Source of the DNA: Azolla caroliniana
Lineage: Eukaryota > Plantae > Polypodiophyta
Reading direction: 5' to 3'
Length of the DNA: 64,000 bases
Assembly: GCA_043228905.1 (NCBI GenBank)
Contig: JBHGNT010000015.1
Coordinates: forward strand, 4,960,001 to 5,024,000
The notes beneath the pieces were generated by a model. That model was given only the letters and a program-made list of their open reading frames with translations, was not told the origin of the DNA and did not search any database. This document shows, one piece after another, positions 26,101-39,171 of this stretch (position 1 is the first letter of the stretch; each line of letters begins with the position of its first letter). Both the position numbers and the translations under genes were made by a program.

Positions 26101-28775
26101 GGGGGTTATAGCACTTATACCCCTTTTGCTCTTGAGCATAGCCGACTAGGATGCATTTTTCCGATTTTGCATCCAGCTTCCTCCGCTTCTGATCCGGCAC
26201 ATGCACATACGCTAGGCTGCTGAATATCCGAAGGTGTCTTAAGTTCGGCTTGAGCTGACACCTTGTCACCAATGCGTTTTTGTATGTAGACGGCCGTCTA
26301 GACCGCCTCCGCCCAGTAGAACCGGGGCATGCTCTTCTCCTCCAGCATTGTCCCTGCCGCTTCGACAAGTGTCCGGTTCTTCCTTTCGGCCACACCGTTT
26401 TGCTCCGGTGTGTATCTGCAGCTGAACTCTCGCCGAATTCCCTTCTGTTGCAGATAACTAGTGAATTGGCCGGAAAAATATTCCTTTCCACCGTCCGACC
26501 GAAGGCATTTGATCTTCCTCTCTGATTCCCGTTCCACCATCTTCTGGAGGCTCCGGAAACAGTCGAAGACTTCGCTCTTCTGCTCAATGAGGTAGATCCA
26601 AGTATGTCGAGTATAGTCGTCGATGAAGGAGACGAAGTACTGGCTCCCGCCAAGGCTTACACTTTGTGCCGGTCCCCACACATCCGAATGGATGAGATCG
26701 AGCTTGTTACGGCTCCGGTTCCGTTCGGTGGGGAATGGAAGCCGGTGTTGCTTCCCAAGTTGGCAGGCTTCACAAATTTCGGCTCTCTGGCCACTGAACT
26801 TTGGCAAACTGAAAACGACTTGTTTCGTTTGCAGGTCTTAAAGCCTCCGGTAGTTGACGTGGCCTATCCGCTTGTGCCATAGGTCGATGTCCGACTCGAC
26901 CTTCTGTCGTTTCGCGAACAGAGCGGTTACAATGTCATTGGTGTTGAGGATAAACATCCTCCCGTCTCTGCGCCCTTGCACAATGACTTCGCCCTCATCT
27001 TCAATGAAGCACCTGAGGTGCGTAAACCGCACATGCATCCCTTGGTCGACAATCTGACCGACGGACACCAGGTTCTTCGTGATCGTCGGAACGTGTAATA
27101 CGTTCATCAGCTTCCCTTTCTGTCCGACGTGGCTTAGAGGGACTTCTCCGACGTGCACGATTGGGTGTGGAGTGTCGTCTCCGGTTTCAACTACTCCTGG
27201 TTGATCCGGTTTCTCCAGAAAGGAGAACCACTCTTTGTGGCTCGTCATGTGGTTCGACGCGTCGGAATCAACATACCACACTTCCTCCGTTTTGGAAGTG
27301 GTCTTCTTCATTGAGTTTGCCTTGTGATTCATCACCAAGGCTGGCCCCTTACCGGCCTTTCCGGTTCCGGATCCTCCTGATCCGTTTGCGTAGTGCGAGT
27401 TTTGTCGGCCATCCTTACCGGCCTTGCCGGATCCGGATTTGTCCGAATCGGCACGCTTTCTCCAACACTCGCTTTCCCTGTGGCCTTTTTTGCCACAGTA
27501 CCAGCATTCCGTAGCGGATTTGTCTTGCCGGCCTCCGGCACCGCCTTGACTCCCCCTGCTTGTGGAAGTCCCGGAACTGCTGTCGGCACACTCATAGTGC
27601 CTCTGTTCCTGCTCTTGCCGGCCGCCTCCATTGCGTGCCGACCCACCTCTTCCACCACGCCCACAGTGCCGATCCGTTCCCGTGTACAGCATCCGGCTGT
27701 CCAGGGATGCACTGGTAGATGCACCAGCGTGGTTCTCCTCTACAAGGAGCATCGAATGTAAGTCGAAGAATGAGGGGGTATTCTTCCTTGTACACACCGC
27801 AGTCCAGAACGCTCCGAACTTGGACACCAGGCCTCCGAGACATACCTGCACCATCTCGTCTTCCTCTACGGTAACATTGATAGAGGCGAGCGAGTCGCAG
27901 ATCTCATTTATCCGGCTCGTGTAGTCTGCCACGGACATGTTCTTCTGTCGAACATTGCTCAACTCCTGTCTGAGTTGTAGCTTCCGGGCAGTGGTGCTTG
28001 TGGCGAAAACCTTTTTCAGGTTCCCCCAAGCATCCTTCGGTGTCTTGGCGTCACGGATGTGGCTGAGCAGCTGATCGCCGACACTGGATGCGAAGCAGTA
28101 CATCACCCTGCTTGCCGCCTGTTCCCATACCGGGAAGTCCTTGTGTGCCGAGTCGGGTGCCGCATCATTCGCTCCTTCGACATAACTCCAGTACCCGTAT
28201 CCAAGCAGGTACTGGTGCATCTTGTAAGACTAGGATGCGTAGTTGCTCCTGTCGAGCTTCTCCACCGGGAGCGACGTAGCCATTGCTCTATCCATGTCTT
28301 CTACTGTGTCTGTTTTCGACCTGTTAGGGTTTTCTTCTCAAGAGTTAAATGTCTGCAACAGAGGTTCTCAACCCTCGTGCTCTGATACCATGTAAACGTG
28401 AGTGTTTGCGGAAGCGTAAAACAGAGAACAACACACAGAGAGAGACAGAGACAGAGATAGAGACAGAGAGAGCAGAACGTAATTTCAAAATTATATCAAG
28501 ACTCAATGCACACTGTGCTAAGTAGCACTATTTATACAAGTCCTCTTGGGACTGACAGAAGTACCATGTACTTCAATGCTCACACGAGCATCTGACACTT
28601 ACTACGAGACTATAGATACCTAGTAGTCTATCCTATTCTAGGCTTCCGATTGGACTGCTGGTTACGGATTGCACCCGGCCTGCACTGCTTGCCGGTTCGG
28701 TTGCTCACCGTCATACTGATCCGTTTCGCCCGATCCGTCTCGCTTACCGACTCCGGTTGAGCTTGCCGCTCAACA
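23016..28775 (-). mobile_element. GC-rich Ty1/copia LTR retrotransposon, near complete, related to 2175-8495
   Basis: LTRs 23016-23440 and 28391-28775, TSD GATTC, iMet PBS 28379-28390. Gag-PR ORF 26838-28220 (CWYCGKKGHRESEC), then INT, RT and RH ORFs. Confidence 0.96.
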
Positions 28776-31700
28776 GATTCCAATTCTCGATGGGTGGGTA
28801 ATGAGAAATCAGAATTCTAAGGAGATAGAAGGTAGTGACAAACCATGAAAGTATGGATCTTCTTCTTCTTCTTGCAAGTAACCAGTGTCATTAGGGTTGT
28901 TATGATTAGACATTGATCCACAATTCGTAGCAATAATAATAAGGATGTTGTTGTTTACTAGAGATAGAGCAATGGCCGTAGTACTATCAGCAACAGTTGC
29001 TAGAATGATACCACTACTTTAGCAGTTGTAGTACCAGTAGCCAATATTATTATCATCATCATCATTAAGAAACTGATCGTCATGACGCATACTCTTCTGT
29101 TAACTAGAATAATCAGACTTCCATTGTACTGACATCAAACCATTCATGAATTTGCAGTCTATGCATAGCCTGTATGCCAATCAATGGACTACCTATGCTG
29201 CTCCCGATCCAAGGTCAGTCATATGGGAAAACCTCGCCATAACCTTTGTACAAAGGCTTGTCCGAAAAACTATAGTCTACCTTGTGGTTTTACACATGAT
29301 CCTGTTTTGTATGATCCCCATTGCCTTCATCTTGGCCCTTATCTCGCTCGACAACTTGGAGAAGAAGCTAGCGTTCCTAACTTGCCTGTAGTGGAGATAC
29401 CATTTGTCAATACAACACTCCAGGCTTTTCTACCTCAGCTTGTTCTCCTTTCCTTCATTCTCTTGCTTCCTGATCTGCTCTTGAAGCTCTCAAAGTAGTA
29501 GGGAATTTGTTCAAAAGACTTATAGGACAGGGCAGCTGCCAGGAAATTCTTCTACTTCAATGTTTTGAACATCTTTTTGGGTGTGACCATAACCCGTAGC
29601 TTGTTCACTTCCCTTACAGGCATCATCGATAATCCGCAATTCATAATTTCACTACCAAGCAAATCTCTCCCTGGACAAGCGAGTTTCTTCATCTCATTTG
29701 TGGCCCTCAAGTAATATCGCGCGCCATTGCTACAACACTAGGTCTATATCTACGCATTTTTCTGCTGGAAATCTCTTAATTGTGCTTGTTATGTTTATAA
29801 GGACTAGGATGGGCACACTTATACCCCGACTTTGGAGAACTTCTAGGATTTAAGATGTTGCAATTTCTCTTTATGGATTTTGACCATCAATATAATGAAG
29901 TACTAATAAACTATGGGTGTATTATGCATATATACGTTTATAGCATGACCTAATGATTCTAATCTTCATTCATGATGCTTATTAATACAGGTTCTTTGTG
30001 AGTTATGGCTTGGTATTCTCAAGGCTATGGTCACTTCTCAAATTTCGTTTTAGAAAGAGGTTCCTATGCAAGATTGATGAAGAGATCGAAGAAGCATGGG
30101 CTCCTAAGTCCTTCAAATATGAAATTCGTGTCCCAGGGGATATGCTCGTCCTGACAATCACATTATCCTACGCAGTCATTGCACCGCTGATTTTGGTATT
30201 TGCCATCGTCTACTTTGGTTTAGGTTGGCTATTCATGCAGAATTTGGTATGGCCATTGCAGAGTCTGTCAATACAAGTAATTCATAAGATTAATGTCACA
30301 GAGATTTATGTTATATACTGGGTTATGTGCTAATTGCATACGTCTGAAAATTTGTTGTTTATTACACATGTATCTACAGGGTTAATGTACATATACACGA
30401 TACTTGTACTTTAAAATCCTTGTTTGGTGTATAGATTAATTTACACACTAACCAGAGATGTATTATACAAGTATGGGTAGATTAATCTATGTTAAAAGGA
30501 TGCTTTACATTATAATACGCAGATACTTGCCTTTGAGCTAAATTAAGTACCCATATATAGAGATTATATAAGACAATAATATGTTCCTTTGCCATAGGAA
30601 CTGAATATCATCCCTGAATTCAACCTCCTTATATGAGCTATTTCAAAGAATGATTGGGGTTAGGAAGCTTTATTCCTTAATTGTTCATGATTGAGCTCCC
30701 CAATATGAAAAGAAGTTACACAAATGATTTAATATAAAGAATTAAATTTGTTCATGATTCAATGAAAGGGTTGCTATACTTCTTTTGGAGCAAGTTATAG
30801 GAAGGATTTATTGATATATGAAAAGCATCCATAATGTTTAATCATGTTAAGTTGTCCTTCTTTTGTGATTTTGTAGGCACTCAATGTGATCGTGCCAAAG
30901 TATGAGAGCCGACGGAGGATGTGGACTCACATTCATTCCCGGATAATGGGTTCTCTCTTCTTATCCCAACTCACAATGTTGGGCTACTTCAGAGTGAAGA
31001 AATTCGTGTATGTACCTTTGGTCATAGCTATCGTGTTCGCATACATATGTCGGAAGTTCTTTTACCCATATTTCGATTTGACTCCCCTCTATGCTACTTG
31101 TGAGGAACCACAGAAGCGTCCTAGTGTCGAGGAAGTCAAAAAATCCTATACCCCTTTGTTTCTCTTTGATCGTAATGTATTTGATAGTGAGGAGATAGGC
31201 AGGCATTTCCAAAGGACCTGGGTAGAAGATCAATTTTAGTTCTGGAAACTCATGGTTTAGTATAGAATACTGAAAATTTCCACCATCCTCTAGGTCATGT
31301 ATTATACAAGAAACTTGTGTGGTTGATTACGTTCTATTCAATTCATCTCCTTCTTGTAATGCTTCCCTTTTATTTCACCATTCTCTTGTTGTTTTGTATG
31401 GTTGTTTATTCAGTTTTATCTCCTTGGACTCCTTGGACTCAAACTTGTCTAATATCCACTCATTTGGTTTTTTGGGTGATTGGCTCTCTAGAAGCTCACA
31501 TACAAAAAATAAAAATTAGTATTGTTATGTTGAAATAAAGAATTATAAAATAATCAAACAATAAAAAATATATAGGGTTTACCCTAAACCCTAAACCCCC
31601 TTGGCCATCCACACTAATCACTCACTCATACCTCTTCTCATCTGTCCATATGCACACATGTGTGCATGTATTCACATATGAATCGACTCACACTCACAAT

Positions 31701-32259
31701 TACACTTATGCACATTTAAACATGCACATAAACCCCTTTACTCTTGCAACCTCGTTACACTCAACTCTCTGTACATCTCGTACAATAACATTGTGACTAT
31801 GAGGACGATGTATCATTTGGATCAATATGAGCTAAGATGTCTTGAGCGAAGACATTTGTCTTGAGATCATGACAAATAATATCAATAATGCTTGAATCTA
31901 ATGGAGTATCAAAGCATATGGTTGCTTAAAGTCGTGCAAGACCTAGGATTACCTATTTCTTATTATCAAAGGTGTTAAGTAGATGGCACATGGGTACTGC
32001 TCATGAAGATATGGGCACCAACAAGGAACACCAAGAAACTAATCTAAAAAAAGAGGGATAGAACAAACTGACTAGGACAAAATGCAAGCCAATGGGTAAC
32101 GTAGTGTGAAACAGACACTCACTAAATGTAAAAGCTACAAAAGCCACTATGTAGAGTCTTTTATAACTTTGCTCAAATCTTAAGAGTTTCTCCTAGTGAT
32201 TATTATGCGAAGTCTCCTTTCCTATCTCCCTAATTGTAATTAAGAGCTAATGCTAGGCC

Positions 32260-33141
32260 ATCCCAAGGAATATCGGTGACGAAAATCCGCAATGTAAGTT
32301 GAGGTTGGACGCTCACCTTGACGCAATCTTCGGATTTTATTGATTGTCATCCTAAAGCCAGCGGTGTCTCTGAAACAGGCTTTAAACTTGCTAATAAATC
32401 CCTCAAAATTATTTAACAATGGAAATCATTTTTCTAACAAAGGAGCGAACCATTCCAAAGCCGTTGTCGTGAAGATTTCCGGCTATAGTGTGAAACCGGG
32501 GTGGAATGGGTAAATCGGTGGTGTGCAACGTGTGCACGTGTATACTAGGAAATGGTGTGTAGAAAGAAGAGGGGAATTTTATCCCACATTGTAAGGTCCC
32601 CCCTTCCTTGGGCTATAAAAGGAAGGGAGGGGTCACTTATGAGGGGTTGCCTATTTTGAGGGAGAGGGGCATACCACTTAGGTTGAGGGTTTCCTATTCG
32701 GTTTTAGGGTTTCGGTTAGGGTTTTTCTTCTTGGGTTTTCCTTTAGGGTTTTTCTCATAGTCGTTTGGTGCGGCCATGGCGGCCACCATTGTAAAGCGTT
32801 TACATTTCCTTAAACTAACTTGTTGAGCATCTTGCCTCCGTCTATTCTATGTTATTGTCTTGTTCTTTCTCATCTCCTCTTGAGCTAAGCTTCCATTTTG
32901 TGTCTTATTCCTTCTCCTCTACTCCCTAGTCTGAGACCCCCGTGGTCCCGCCCCTTCTACACGCACGCACGTAACAACACGACACCGTGCCACTAACCAA
33001 CGTGGCTACTAGTCCCACTCATGATGCATTACTGGGATATTGGGAAGCATGCATTTGAATCACTAGACATACTTGATTAAGAAATCCTTTGAATTGTGAT
33101 CGCGTTCCATCAAATTTTGTAGGAAGACCAATCTTGGGTTC
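32260..33141 (-). mobile_element. Chromovirus gag relic split by a solo LTR
   Basis: Minus strand reads EPKIGLPTKFDGTRSQFKGFLNQV...ALEWFAPLLEK...INKIRRLRQG, like the gag at 33830-34280. Confidence 0.8.
32465..32984 (+). mobile_element. Solo LTR (Gypsy, 4-bp-TSD type)
   Basis: TGTCGTG...CACGACA ends, TSD CCGT, CTATAAAA near 32613, several TAGGGTTT telo-boxes. Confidence 0.85.
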
Positions 33142-33356
33142 ACAAAATTTAATAAGTAACCAAACACCACAACAAGAGAATGGTTGAATGAAATAGAATC
33201 ATTATAAGATGGAGAAAGATTGAATAAAAAGCAAGCAACCATGCAAGCTTCATGCCTAATGCACCAACGAGAGTATGGTGAAAAATTTCAATATTCTCTA
33301 ATGAAGCAATAAAGAATTTCCCGAAACTAACTAATCTTCATCTTGTATCATATCTT
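33142..33356 (-). other. Displaced original last codons (QDMIQDED*, stop 33331-33333) and 3' UTR of the ERD4 gene
   Basis: Reverse complement aligns with the copy B 3' end (31220-31420) and joins in frame to 39228 across the TSD. Confidence 0.85.
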
Positions 33357-33383
33357 GTAAACGTCATGAATACATAACCATCA

Positions 33384-33450
33384 TGGCTTCACTTGGACTT
33401 GAACCCAAGACCTTGTAATACATAATCAAGAACCTAACCATTAAGATAGC
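33384..33450 (-). promoter_or_regulatory. tRNA-like A/B-box module in LTR U3 (second copy 38795-38860)
   Basis: Minus strand TATCTTAATGG ... CTTGGGTTCAAGTCCAAGTGAAGCCA. Confidence 0.6.
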
Positions 33451-33506
33451 ATATGATCATATGAAATAATAAAAGTTACTTCTTGTAATAGACTGATTAT
33501 TGTAAA

Positions 33507-33578
33507 TGTTCTGGAATATTCTAGAACATTCTAGAATATCCTAGAACATCTTAGAATATTCTAGGTCTAGAACATTCT
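33507..33578 (+). promoter_or_regulatory. Heat-shock-element array in the 5' LTR
   Basis: TTC tg GAA ta TTC ta GAA ca TTC ta GAA..., alternating nGAAn pentamers. Confidence 0.75.
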
Positions 33579-36500
33579 CTCTCTCTCTCTCTCTCTCCAT
33601 GGCTATCATCAACTCAGAAGAATATTTCACCCTTGTTGCAGAAATGGAGAATCTTAAATCCAAGTTCGCATCTCTCGAATTAGAGAATCAACGTCTTCTT
33701 GGGGATCTACAAAAGGTTACTGTGGAGAAGCAACAACAAGAAGAAGAGTTTACGCGACGGGTGCAACAATTAAAATCGACAATTGTAATTTTACAACAAC
33801 AAAGGGTCAAAGGTCAAGGAAGTCTAAGGAGCCCAAAATCAGTCTCCCGGTTAAATTTGATGGTTTGAGGGTGCATTTTCGAGGCTTTTTGAATCAAGTG
33901 CGGTTGCTAATCCAAATGCATCCCACGCATTATCCGACATATGCATCATGAGTCGGGTTAGTGGGCAGCTTATTGAGTGGCATAACATTGTCATGGTTTG
34001 ATCCATTACTAGAGACAAATTCTCCTCTACTACATAATTTCGAGGAGTTTGTCAAAGAATGTAAGGCTTGCTTTGGAGATATAGATGGGGCAAGAACGAC
34101 AATCAACAAGATTCGTACACTACGTCAAGGTGATCAACCAACCTCAACATATGCAGCTAATTTTTGTCTCATCGCAAGTGATATTCCTTGGGATGAACAA
34201 GCCCTAATGCAACAATTTCGTTCCGGCCTTCGTAGTGATGTGAAGGACTTACTTCTTACCTTCCTCGAGGATCCAAAATAGCTTACAGAAGCTATTAGTT
34301 TAGCAATATGGTGTGATAATTGTCTTTTTGAGCATCGATGTGAGTGACAACAACAAATAACAACATCAAGAAACACACCGACTTATGCATCAGTAATTGC
34401 GCAATCGTCTCCAAGGCAAACATATAGCCCTGCTCCAACCCCAACGCAAACATGTAGCCCAACCCCAATGGATAGGCCGACGCCCATGGAGATCGATATG
34501 ACCCAACGTTGAGGACCATTGTCAGAAGAAGAGAAGCAGCGATGCCGAGCAAACCGTCTATGCTTATATTGCGGAGGTCTAGGACACATAGCCATTCATT
34601 GCTCCTGTAGGCCAAGACGTCAGGTAAATCACATTCACTATGACCATAAAAATGAGTCCAACATTTTAGAAGTACTTAGCGATTCTAATATTATGAATAA
34701 TCCACCCTTGTCCAATAAATTTGAAGTCCTAAGCCAATTAGAAGAGGAGTCAAACAAATAAGTCTGGCCAAAATAGGAGCCATTTTGTTGGACAACCCTA
34801 GCTCTGTAAAAACCAATAATGCCTATCGAGCAAAGTATTGCTTCATGGATATCTTTGCCATTGCAAGATGAAATGAGTTGAGAAGATTTGCTAGCTATAA
34901 GGATTCAACAAGTAGAACGGAGGCCTAAAGATGTCGAGTTGGCAATAGAACGGTTGCGCTAGGCTCGATTGAAGAACAAGGAGAATTTTGATAAAAAGCA
35001 TCGTCTTCGACAAAGAAAAATTGAAGGAGATTGGGTTCTTGTCTATGATAGTAGTCTCGATAATCAATACAACACTACTTGAAAGTTTGTAAAACGTTGG
35101 TTTGGCCCGTATATGGTTAAGAAAATTGGAAACAATGCAACCTATTTTTTAGCGGAGTTAGATAGAACTCAACTTGCCTTGCCAATTGCACGAAAGAGGA
35201 TCAATATCTTTAAGAGAAGAGAGGCCCCAAATCTTAATATTGAAACTCTAGATGATGTGGCCTCGAACATCGAGGTTGAAAAAGAGTAATTAAAAGAGGA
35301 ACCTCACCACAATTGGCCTCTACTTTTCCCCAGTTTCCGTAGTAGTGATTGATGGACATCCCATAGCTTCCAGGGAGATATTCGAAGAGTCTGAGCCAAT
35401 ACACATACTCTTAGGTGATTTAGGATGTGTAGTTTCCTTTAATATAATCCGTAGCCCCGAGCATCCAATTGCCGTTGGTTTGCCATGGTTCGAGCTATAT
35501 AACCCATGAATTGATTGGAGGAGGTGAGAAATTTGGTGCCCTTCTGCAGAAAATTTCATTGCTAAGGATCGAACCCAAGACTATTCCCTTAAAGAATATA
35601 GTTCTACCAGTGCACCATCTCCTTTTCAGCAAATCTCAACTATCACATTGCAACAAATGTTCCAAAAGGGAGGAAAGGAGGAACTTTTTTTGTTTGCAAT
35701 ATCAGTGACACCTTCTAGCGCCACTCAAGGGAATTCAGACATCCAAATTCCTGAAAAATATCAAGAATATGCTAATGTTTTCGATAAAGTCAAAGCTAGT
35801 GTACTTCCAAAGCATCGGTCATATGATTGTCCCATTGACCTCCAACCAGGAAAAGACCCACCGTGGGGTCCGATCTACAATCTGTCACCAACTGAGCTTG
35901 AGGTTCTTTGAGAATACATCGAGGAGAATCTTGCACATGAGTTTATTCGACATTCAAAGTCTCCAGCCGGTGCTCCTATATTTTTTGTGAAGAAAAAGGA
36001 TGGGTCGCTTCGTTTGGTCGTCGACTATCGGGGATTAAATAAAGTCAGCATAAGAAATAGCTATGCTCCTCCTTTAATCTCCAGTCTTTTAGAGCGCATT
36101 GATGGGGCAAAACATTTTACAAAGATTGATTTAAGGGGTGCATATAATCTTGTTCACATTCAACCGAGAGATGAGTGGAAAATGGCATTTCGCACTCGCT
36201 ATGGTCATTTCGAGTATATAGTGATGCCTTTTGGGCTCACAAATGCACCCGCAGTTTTCCAACATATGGCAAATGACATTTTCCAGGATTTTCTTGATAT
36301 CTTTCTCATAATCTATTTAGATGATCTGTTGATTTACTCTAAAACACAGGAGGAGCATGATATACATGTCCGAAAAGTACTTGAACGCTTAAGAAAGTAT
36401 GGTCTATATGCTAAACTTGAGAAATGCAGATTTGACAGTGAACAAGTCGAATTCTTAGGTTATACTATTTCATCTAAGGGTATCTTCATGGATCCAACAA

Positions 36501-38915
36501 AAGTCAAAACAATATTGGAATGGGAAACCCCACGTTCTGTTCGAGACGTCCAATGCTTCCTCGGATTTGCTAACTTCTATCGCAAAATCATACGGAATTA
36601 TTCAAAGATCGTGTTGCCTCTCACCCAACTCACCAAGAAGAATCAAACATTTGTTTGGAGTATGGAAGCGGACACAACCTTTACTCAACTCAAAGAGGCA
36701 TTCACATCAGCTCCTATATTAGCACATATTGATCCTGAAAATCCATTTACCATTGAAGCAGATGCGTCAGACTTTGCATTGGGGAGTATCCTATCCCAAC
36801 CAAGTAAAGAACGAGCAGTCCCATTGAGTCGCATTTTACTCGAGAAAATTTACTGCTGCGGAGATAAACTATGAGGTGCATGACAAGGAGTTACTAGCTG
36901 TGGTTGACTCTTTCGAGCAATGGCGACATTTCTTGGAAGGATCGCCTCATCAAATCATCATTTATAGTGATCACAAAAATCTTACGTATTTTCAAACGGC
37001 TCGAGTGTTAAATAGGAGACAAGCTCGGTGGGCATAGTTTTTAACTCATTTTGATTTCAAGATCGTTTTCCGCCTTGGGAAGCAACAAGGGAAGCCAGAT
37101 ACTCTATCTCGACGTTCATATCTCACACCTCGACCTGGAGATCCGGCCTTCGACAAACAAAAGCAAATTCTACTAGGCCCATCAAAGCTACAAGCAACAA
37201 CAGTTTATGCCACGCTGCTGGATTCACGCCTTGTTGATACTATTCGGCAACAACTTCACTCTGATGATTTTGCTAAGGCTGTCTCAGCCTACATTAGTCC
37301 AAACCATGCATCTTGCTCCACAATGCCAAGTTCACCTCCGAGTCAACATTATCAGGAATTCAAGTGGCAAGATGACTTACTCTTTTACCATAATCTCCTT
37401 TACGTCCCTGATGGATCACCTCGCCTTCAAGTATTAGAGCATTGTCATGATGCGCCTATGGTTGGACATTTTGGTATTGCCAAGACCATGGAGTTGGTGA
37501 AGCGCTCATTTTGGTGGGCTCATTTGCAAAATTTTATTGAAGATTATGTTCGTACATGTGATACTTGTTGTTGAGCCAAAATACCCAGGCATCATCCTTA
37601 TGGCTTATTACAACCGTTACAGCCTCCAACCAAGCCATCACAATCTATTTCTATGGATTTCATTACAGATCTGCCACCTTCACAAGGATTTTATACTATT
37701 TTAACAGTAGTGGATCGGTTTACCAAGATGGCACATTTTTTACCATGTGTAAAGAGCATCAGTAGTCAGGAAACCGCAGATATCGTTATGTGTGAACTAT
37801 TTCGCCATCATGGTCTTCCAAACGATATAAATATTGATCATGGTCCTCAATTTATCTCTCACTTTTAGAAGCACCCATGGGTAGGCCTCAAAATATCCTA
37901 CAAACTCTCTTCGGCTTATCATCCACAAACTGACGGACAAACAGAGCGCACGAATCAAACACTCGAGCAATATCTTCGATGCTTCATCAGTTATCAACAA
38001 GATGATTGGAGTAATATTCTACATCTCATTGAGTTTGCATACAATAACACAATACACACTTCTACCAAGGTTACACCTTTCTTTGCGTACACCGGCAACC
38101 ATCCTCGATGGTGTATATTGGATCTTCCCAACATCGCCCGAAACTACATCAAATTCAGTTAGCGTTATCTTCACATCTTCAGACAACTCAAGCACAACAT
38201 AAGACCAACGTTGATCGCCATCGTCTTAAGTCTCCTTTCAAGTCTGGTGACCAAGTATGGTTGCTTCGTCATCAAATCAAGACTACCCAGCCATGTAAGA
38301 AGCTCGATTATCAACGTTTAGGTCCTTTCCTCATCACTGCACGTATTAACGATGCCACCTTTCGTCTTAATCTTCCAGCACACATGCGGCTTCACCCAGT
38401 CTTTCACAACTCTCTTTTGGAGCCTTGTCACACCTCTTCCATTCCTAATCGTGTCATGCCACCTTCGACCTCTATCCAACTTGTTGATGGCCCTGAATAC
38501 GAGGTAGTTGTTATTCTCGATTCAAAGATTGTGCGAAATAAGCTCTATTATCTGGTTGATTGGGTAGGCTATCCTTCGAGGAGTGATCGCCCTTCGGAAC
38601 CTATGTTTCTAATGCTCAAGCTCTTCGGAACCCGTCAATAATGTTTCTAATGCTCAAGCTCTTGTCAAAGACTTCCATCACCTTTATCCAAACAAACCGG
38701 GCCCTACATTGTTAACGACGACTTCCACTCATTGTTCGTCGTTCTCGAAGGGGAGACAGTGTCATGAATACATAAGCATCATGAATATACAAGCATTGTA
38801 CTTGGGCTTGAACCCAAGACCTTGTAATACATAATCAAGAACCTAACCATTAAGATAACATATGATCATATGAAATAATAAAAGCTACTTGTTGTAATAG
38901 ATTGACTATTGTAAA

Positions 38916-39075
38916 TGTTCTGGAACATTCTAGAACATTCTAGAATATCCTAGAACAACTTAGAATATTCTAGGTCTAGAACATTCTAGAATATCCTAGA
39001 ACTTCTTAGAATATTCTAGGTCTAGAACATTCTTGAACATTATAGAAATCACTAGGTTATGGGAACCTATAAATA
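38916..39075 (+). promoter_or_regulatory. Long heat-shock-element array plus TATA box (TATAAATA, 39068-39075) in the 3' LTR
   Basis: Repeated TTCTAGAACA-type 10-mers over about 130 bp, directly upstream of the TATA box. Confidence 0.8.
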
Positions 39076-39171
39076 TAGACATAATTATTCTCAAACCAAT
39101 TCGAATCAACACTAGTCTTAAGCTTTTGTCGCTTACCTTGTATCCATCTTCATTCTATCTTATTCATACAT

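Larger units (their letters stand above)
8918..31239 (+). pseudogene. ERD4: ERD4/OSCA3 pseudogene (copy B). Exon remnants: 8918-9029 plus 22601-22637, 22743-22910, 29158-29710, 29991-30246, 30877-31239
   Basis: Exon-by-exon similarity to the minus-strand gene. In-frame TAG in exon 2, exon 3 acceptor CAG>CAA, deletion of the exon 3 3' part and exon 4, stops and a frameshift in exon 5, two large TE insertions. Exon 1 not found. Confidence 0.9.

Noticed and set aside
31575-31600. Telomeric array
   Set aside because: Only about two CCCTAAA units, consistent with an interstitial telo-box.
39161-39170. LTR end at CATACA just beyond the ERD4 stop codon
   Set aside because: The true end is TGACA at 39227, which gives the terminal inverted repeat and the GTAAA TSD.
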